NCBI GenBank assembly: GCA_963781885.1
Contig: CAWAHW010000002.1
Location: forward strand, 1,498,741-1,562,740
Source of the DNA: an uncultured Spirochaetota bacterium
GTDB taxonomy: Bacteria > Spirochaetota > Spirochaetia > SZUA-6 > Fen-1364
Direction: 5' to 3'
Length of the DNA stretch: 64,000 nucleotides
Of the stretch, positions 59,975 through 64,000 are shown piece after piece (position 1 is the stretch's first letter; every line of letters starts with the position of its first letter). The notes below the pieces were generated by a model that worked only from the letters and a program-made list of their open reading frames with translations, did not search any database and was not told where the DNA came from. The position numbers and the translations under genes are program-made.

Positions 59975-60716
59975 TCAGGTCTGGATCTTTTTCGCGACGG
60001 CAACAAGCGATACGCCGAGGGGCAGTCGCATGAATCTCAGAAGAAATCGTTCAAACGAGAATATCTTCTTGAGCGCGAAGTTGAGCGCGCGAGGAGGCAT
60101 CTCTGTGTCTGATCGATCGCTGTCCTTGCGAAAGGTGCGATTGAACAACCTTATCGCGTAGACAGGCAGGAACAGGAGCGAGTTGTAATAGGAAATCTTT
60201 TCGATCCTGAAATTGGCGGCCACGAGGACATCTCTGAAACTCCGCAATGTGTAGCGTCTCTTGTGTCCGTTCAGGACGTCCCATCTGCTCCAGAGGGCCA
60301 TCAAGGCGGGAACGGTCACGATCATGATTCCGTCATTTCGCAGTAGCCCATGGAGCGCCCGCACCGAGCCGCGATCATCATCGATATGCTCAATGACATC
60401 GAGGCACGTCACGACGTTCGAACTGATTTTTTTCAAATGGAACGTTGTCCGGCAGCCATCCCTGTCGAACGTGGCCCGCAAAGGTTGTTTTGCTGAACTC
60501 GATCGCATCCGGGGATGAGTCCATCCCATAGGTCTCGCCGAATTTGACCAGCGCGCTGAGCATGAGACCGGGACCGCAGCCCGCGTCGAGTATTTTTATC
60601 CGCTTCTCGCCGTCCCGATATCGGTTCAGAAGGGAAACAATCATCCTCTTCTTCGCGACAAACCACCAGTGTTTCTCTTCCAGCTCGTAATGTTCCCTAT
60701 AGAGATGACGTTCCAT
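59975..60716 (-). CDS. Class I SAM-dependent methyltransferase; frameshift near 60418
   Basis: EEKHWWF, LDAGCGPG, then LDVIEHIDDD, TVPA..LWS..D...HKRRY. Confidence 0.85.
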
Positions 60717-61686
60717 GTCGTGTATCCGTTCTTTCCTTGTTTTCGAAGCCGTATTCCTCGGAAATGATATACAGAGGGCGGCCTTTTATTTCCCTGTAGA
60801 TTCTTCCGATATACTGCCCGATTATTCCCAGCGATATCAATTGAATCCCGCCAAAGAATATGATCACCCCGATGGTGGATGTCCACCCGGCAATCGTGAA
60901 CTGCGGCGCCGTCAGCCGGACGACGATCATCGCCAGGAGAAACAGAAACGACACGACTGTGACAATTGTTCCGATATATACGGAGATATAGAGAGGCCGC
61001 TCCGAAAAGCTCGTAATTCCATTCATGGCGAATCGCAACAGGGACCGCAGGTTGTAGTTCGTGGTCCCCGCAAATCGAGGGGCGCGCTCATACTCCACCG
61101 CACACTGCGAATATCCGATCCACGCAACGAGACCCCGGAGGTACCGGCTCTCTTCCTTCATGTTCGTGAGGGCGGTGACAACCGCCCGGTCGAGCAGTCT
61201 GAAATCGCCGCTATCGACAGGTATCTTGATGTCACTGAGCCTATTCACCACCCTGTAGAATAACTTGGCGGTGAGCAATTTGAACGAGCTTTCACCCCGT
61301 CTCCTGCTTCGGACCCCGTAGACGACCTTGAATCCCTCCCTCCATTTCTCCACCATCTTCTCAATGATTTCGGGAGGGTCCTGCAGATCGTCGTCAATGA
61401 TGACTACGGCATCCCCTCGTGCGTGGTCGAGGCCCGCAGTCAGGGCCATCTGCTGATTGAAATTCCTGGAAAAATTTATCACCTTCACTCTATTGTCAGT
61501 CGCATGGATGGCTTTCATTATTTCAAAAGACCTGTCCGTGCTCCCGTCATTGACCAGGATGATCTCGTAATCCATGTCGGCAATTTTCATCAATGCGGCG
61601 GTGAGCCTTCTATGGAGCTCGTTCAGCCCTTTCTCCTGGAAATAGACGGGCACGACGACTGACAAGAGTTTTCTTTTTGTTTTCAT
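60697..61686 (-). CDS. GT2 polyprenol-phosphate glycosyltransferase (GtrB-like)
   Basis: [25 protein letters not shown], two C-terminal TM helices, YIGRIY.E.K.RP. Confidence 0.9.
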   Translation of the reverse strand: MKTKRKLLSVVVPVYFQEKGLNELHRRLTAALMKIADMDYEIILVNDGSTDRSFEIMKAIHATDNRVKVINFSRNFNQQMALTAGLDHARGDAVVIIDDDLQDPPEIIEKMVEKWREGFKVVYGVRSRRRGESSFKLLTAKLFYRVVNRLSDIKIPVDSGDFRLLDRAVVTALTNMKEESRYLRGLVAWIGYSQCAVEYERAPRFAGTTNYNLRSLLRFAMNGITSFSERPLYISVYIGTIVTVVSFLFLLAMIVVRLTAPQFTIAGWTSTIGVIIFFGGIQLISLGIIGQYIGRIYREIKGRPLYIISEEYGFENKERTDTRHGTSSL

Positions 61687-62543
61687 AGCAGGCTCTTCAG
61701 GTAGTGTCCATATTCGGATTTTCCGAACAATTCAATGTGCTCCAGAAGCTTATTCTTATCGATCCATCCGCTGCCAAAGGCGATCTCCTCGATGCATGCG
61801 ACCTTCAAACCCTGCCTTTTTTCGATCGTATGGATGAACATGCTCGCTTCGAGAAGACTTTCATGAGTTCCGGTATCGAGCCATGCAAAGCCCCGGCCGA
61901 GCAATTCCACGCGCAAATCGCCCCTTGTCAGGTATGCTTTCATCACATCGGTGATTTCCAGCTCGCCTCTTGCCGAGGGGCGAATGCCCTTGGCGATTTC
62001 GATCACGTCATTGTCGTAGAAGTAGAGGCCGGTCAATGCGTAGGAGGATTTTGGTTCTTTCGGCTTTTCCTCTATTGAAATCACATTCAAAGCGCTGTCG
62101 AACTCGACGACACCGTACCGTTCTGGATCGAGAACCTTGTAGGCAAATACCGTCGCTCCGCGTTTCTGCTGGAACGCGTTGCGAAGCGGCAGCGTAAATC
62201 CCTGGCCAAAAAAGATATTGTCGCCGAGCGCCAGGGCAACCGAATCACGGCCGATAAATGCCTGCCCGATTATGAAAGCCTGGGCAAGACCTTCGGGGCG
62301 CGCCTGAACGGCATACTCAATCTCCACCCCCCACTGCGACCCGTCACCGAGCAATTCCTGGAACCGCGGAATATCCCTTTCCGTCGAGATGACCAGAACA
62401 TCCCGGATCCCCGCGAGCATCAGGACCGAGAGCGGATAGTAGATCATTGGCTTGTCGTAGACGGGAAGAAGCTGCTTCGAAAGCGCCCGGGTGACGGGAT
62501 ACAGCCGAGTCCCGCTTCCTCCGGCCAGGATGATGCCTTTCAT
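61683..62543 (-). CDS. rfbA: Glucose-1-phosphate thymidylyltransferase
   Basis: [48 protein letters not shown]. Confidence 0.96.
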   Translation of the reverse strand: MKGIILAGGSGTRLYPVTRALSKQLLPVYDKPMIYYPLSVLMLAGIRDVLVISTERDIPRFQELLGDGSQWGVEIEYAVQARPEGLAQAFIIGQAFIGRDSVALALGDNIFFGQGFTLPLRNAFQQKRGATVFAYKVLDPERYGVVEFDSALNVISIEEKPKEPKSSYALTGLYFYDNDVIEIAKGIRPSARGELEITDVMKAYLTRGDLRVELLGRGFAWLDTGTHESLLEASMFIHTIEKRQGLKVACIEEIAFGSGWIDKNKLLEHIELFGKSEYGHYLKSLL

Positions 62544-63619
62544 CGGCCGCGTCCCTCATAGTTCGTTGCAACCCATTTTCTGTAGTCGCCGCTCCGTACC
62601 TTTTCAATCCACGTTGTGTTGTCGACATACCATTTCACCGTGCGGAAAAGGCCTTCTTCGAATGACACGCTCTGCTTCCATCCCAGTTCTCGCTTGATCT
62701 TGTCGCAATTTATCGCATAGCGTCGATCATGCCCGGGCCTGTCCTTGACGAATGAAATCAAGGCTCGATAGCGCTCCGCCTCTACGCCCGTGATCTGCGC
62801 AAGCTGGCTGCAGAGAGCATGGATGAGCTCGATATTCTCCCACTCATTGTCGCCGCCGACATTATAGGTTTCTCCGAGGACCCCTATCTTCAATATCGTC
62901 CAGATCGCACGCGCGTGATCCTGCACAAAGAGCCAGTCTCTCTTGTTTTTCCCATCCCCATAGACCGGCAGTGATTTGCCCTCCAGCATATTGAGTATCA
63001 TGACCGGAATCAGCTTCTCGGGGAACTGGTAGGGGCCGTAGTTGTTCGAGCAGTTCGATTTCACCACGGGAAGACCATACGTGTGAAAGTAGGCAGTGAC
63101 GAGATGATCGGCGCCCGCCTTCGAGGCGGAGTACGGGCTGCGGGGATCGTATTTTGTATCCTCGTGGAAATATCCGGTGCTCCCGAGGGATCCGTAGACC
63201 TCGTCCGTGCTCACATGATAAAAAACCTGGCCGTCCGGAGTCCGCCATTTCTTTCGGGCGGCTTCAAGAAGCGAAAATGTGCCCACGTAATTCGTCATGA
63301 TAAAATCGGCGGGGCCCACGATCGAGCGGTCCACGTGACTTTCGGCAGCGAAATGAACGACCGTGTCGATGCCGTATTTTTCGAAGAGCGCATGTACCCC
63401 GGCTTCATCGCGTATGTCAAGCTTTTCAAAGAAATACCGCGTTCCACCCCATTTTCCCGAGATAGCGGACAGGTTCTCAAGACATCCGGCGTAGGTGAGC
63501 TTGTCAAGATTAATGACCCGGCCGTCGAATGATGGATCACCGAACAGTTGGTGGATGAAGTTGCTCCCGATAAATCCTGCACCACCTGTGACCAGGATGT
63601 TCTTGAGTTTTCTGTTCAT
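62540..63619 (-). CDS. rfbB: dTDP-glucose 4,6-dehydratase
   Basis: [56 protein letters not shown]. Confidence 0.96.
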   Translation of the reverse strand: MNRKLKNILVTGGAGFIGSNFIHQLFGDPSFDGRVINLDKLTYAGCLENLSAISGKWGGTRYFFEKLDIRDEAGVHALFEKYGIDTVVHFAAESHVDRSIVGPADFIMTNYVGTFSLLEAARKKWRTPDGQVFYHVSTDEVYGSLGSTGYFHEDTKYDPRSPYSASKAGADHLVTAYFHTYGLPVVKSNCSNNYGPYQFPEKLIPVMILNMLEGKSLPVYGDGKNKRDWLFVQDHARAIWTILKIGVLGETYNVGGDNEWENIELIHALCSQLAQITGVEAERYRALISFVKDRPGHDRRYAINCDKIKRELGWKQSVSFEEGLFRTVKWYVDNTTWIEKVRSGDYRKWVATNYEGRGR

Positions 63620-64000
63620 TGGCAGTCAGGACCCTATCGCGCTCTCACATCATTCTGTTCTAAACTTGAAAGTCCCGTCAACGACATCTTGGGCATACTA
63701 TACTCGCCTTCCGGCGGCGTCAAGGGTGAGAGGGAACATGCAGGAGTTCTCTTCGCTTAGGTCGCTGCGCATGCATTTCGGAATGGAAATGCATGCGCTT
63801 TTGAGGCCAGAGAAAACCCGATCGACCTGCAAAGACACGATCCTGATGTCTGCGCTATACTCTGTCTCCAGTTGGCACAAAAGGAGTTCCTGCATTCATG
63901 ACGAAAGCAATCCTGTCCGTTTTCGCCGGGCTTTTGGGACTTCTTCTAATAGCGCGACCAATCCCGGCCCAGCAAGTCTCCGACCTCAGCGATGCGCTCT

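Noticed and set aside
60421-60435. Phase-variable poly-A7 tract in the methyltransferase
   Set aside because: Restoring the FDVVTCLD motif places the extra base at ~60418, outside the homopolymer, and the tract is short
63620-64000. Small ORF 63698-63895
   Set aside because: No motif or clear RBS; it overlaps the probable rfbB promoter region
1-64000. CRISPR array or rRNA
   Set aside because: No regularly spaced direct repeats or rRNA signatures seen; nearly all sequence is explained by CDSs

Overview
64 kb of a GC-rich bacterial chromosome, most likely a free-living Spirochaetia. The main clue is a PlzA-type PilZ protein, and the assignment is inference. Four blocks: (1) 1-18.9 kb, core and accessory genes: a MarR-controlled MFS+ABC efflux operon, a secreted tandem cupredoxin, a MASE1-PAS-GAF-PAS hybrid kinase, an ALDH-SCP2-FeADH-SCP2 operon, PilZ, TraB, and a membrane-anchored PIMT translationally coupled to a large membrane/spermidine-synthase-like methyltransferase. 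(2) 18.9-27.8 kb, a dense toxin-antitoxin island (about 8 modules, some decayed) with a stand-alone metacaspase, a sugar dehydrogenase and an IS256 remnant. (3) 27.9-57.2 kb, a ~29 kb minus-strand Wzx/Wzy polysaccharide locus with a Wbp-like diacetamido-uronic acid module, a LegB-like dehydratase + TPP E1alpha/beta + aminotransferase + nucleotidyltransferase module, and an ACP/FabG/FabH/GNAT acylation module. (4) 57.6-63.6 kb, GtrA/GT-C/GtrB-like glycosylation genes and rmlA/rmlB. About ten small frameshifts in otherwise intact genes suggest assembly or basecalling indels. No rRNA, tRNA or CRISPR array was seen. All calls come from motif reading by eye; no database searches were run.
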